DNA of 63,106 nucleotides, filler included, from Bonamia ostreae (Eukaryota): NCBI GenBank assembly GCA_040357525.1. It is 27 parts of 27 records of this genome, joined end to end, with 100 filler letters (N's around TTAATTAATTAA, not from the genome) between each part and the next. Parts side by side here need not be neighbours in the genome. Positions count along the whole stretch, not along the records: positions 60,885 to 63,106 come from JBDODL010000962.1; 26 more parts are not named here. One strand, 5' to 3'. Shown piece by piece: positions 62,401 to 63,106 of this stretch (position 1 is its first letter; each line of letters starts with the position of its first letter). The notes under the pieces were generated by a model. It saw only the letters and a program-made list of their open reading frames with translations, ran no database searches and was not told where the DNA came from. The position numbers and the translations under genes were made by a program.

Positions 62401-63106
62401 TACGTTTTCCTACTATCAATTTTTAGAAAATTTATTTTAACTACGCAAAGATGACATGTAGAGAAAAATATGTTTTATTAAGTTTATTTTAAGATGAAGA
62501 AATTATTTTCAATTTTAAGTTATAAAATTTATAAGCGAAACTACACAGATAAAATGTATTTGCACAAATTTATAGAATTAATAAATGAAATAATGTAGAT
62601 GTTTAATTTTTTTAAATCGATTTATATTAAAAATCTTAGCATTCTTTCTTGATTGGCATACGAGAAAGAATCCATAATCTATTTTGACCCCTTATTACTT
62701 TACATCATTTTTGAGATGACTAAATCGACAGTAGATGATTTGAACATAGAATTTATTAGAGTTGTTATAAACTTTAATAAGTTTTTATTTTATTTGTATT
62801 ATTTTGTTTTATAAAGTAATTAATTCATCACCTTTTTGTTGATGTAATCTCGGTGAATTATACTGATTGAAATTTGTAAAATTATATTTAGTTGTTTTAA
62901 GCCTTAGGTTAGGGGTTTTTAGTAAATGTATTTATTGTCTTTATACACTTCACTTAATGCGTAGCTCTGCTTATCGCTTTACTGTTCGCTTCGCTGTTAC
63001 CACAGCAATATTTTTATTTGAATTTTATTTTGAATTTGGCGACATCAATCATTTTTATTTTGGGCGCATATTGTAAACATTTCCTCACACATCAAATTAT
63101 TCAATA

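Noticed and set aside
1-63106. tRNA, rRNA or snRNA genes
   Set aside because: No convincing T-loop/cloverleaf, rRNA or U2/U5/U6 core motif was seen by eye. Divergent copies could be missed without covariance searches.

Overview
This window is not one locus. It is 27 unrelated contigs of about 2.2 kb (2263 down to 2222 bp, sorted by length), joined by artificial 100-bp linkers (N44-TTAATTAATTAA-N44). Two eukaryotic genomes are mixed. (1) About 20 contigs come from a compact, gene-dense, AT-rich protist. Recognisable genes, mostly partial, are RPB1, MSH2, U2AF65, USP39, bystin, eIF3g, REX4, UTP18, XRCC3, PIG-X, WDR6, importin-11, ASNSD1, PGS1, Aurora kinase, a DHHC palmitoyltransferase, a CenH3-like histone, a uL10m-like protein and a GT25 glycosyltransferase. 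These genes are split by many very short spliceosomal introns. I traced about 52 by hand; about 29 are 18-24 nt, and roughly 9 in 10 start with GTT rather than GTRAG. Acceptors are mostly A-rich AAG/TAG with no polypyrimidine tract. (2) About 7 gene-poor contigs look metazoan, with GTAAG/GTGAGT introns, a proprotein convertase, a dynamin-like exon and an oyster Cg170-like degenerate satellite. My inference, without a database check, is an oyster-infecting ascetosporean (a haplosporidian such as Bonamia) co-assembled with host DNA. The strongest candidate system is the micro-intron grammar together with a U2AF65 that appears to lack RRM2 and the U2AF35-binding Trp motif. Also notable are a nearly tail-less CenH3-like histone, two tandem orphan membrane-protein families, and 56-190-bp divergent promoters. 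All gene calls are by-eye motif recognition and all splice models are predictions.
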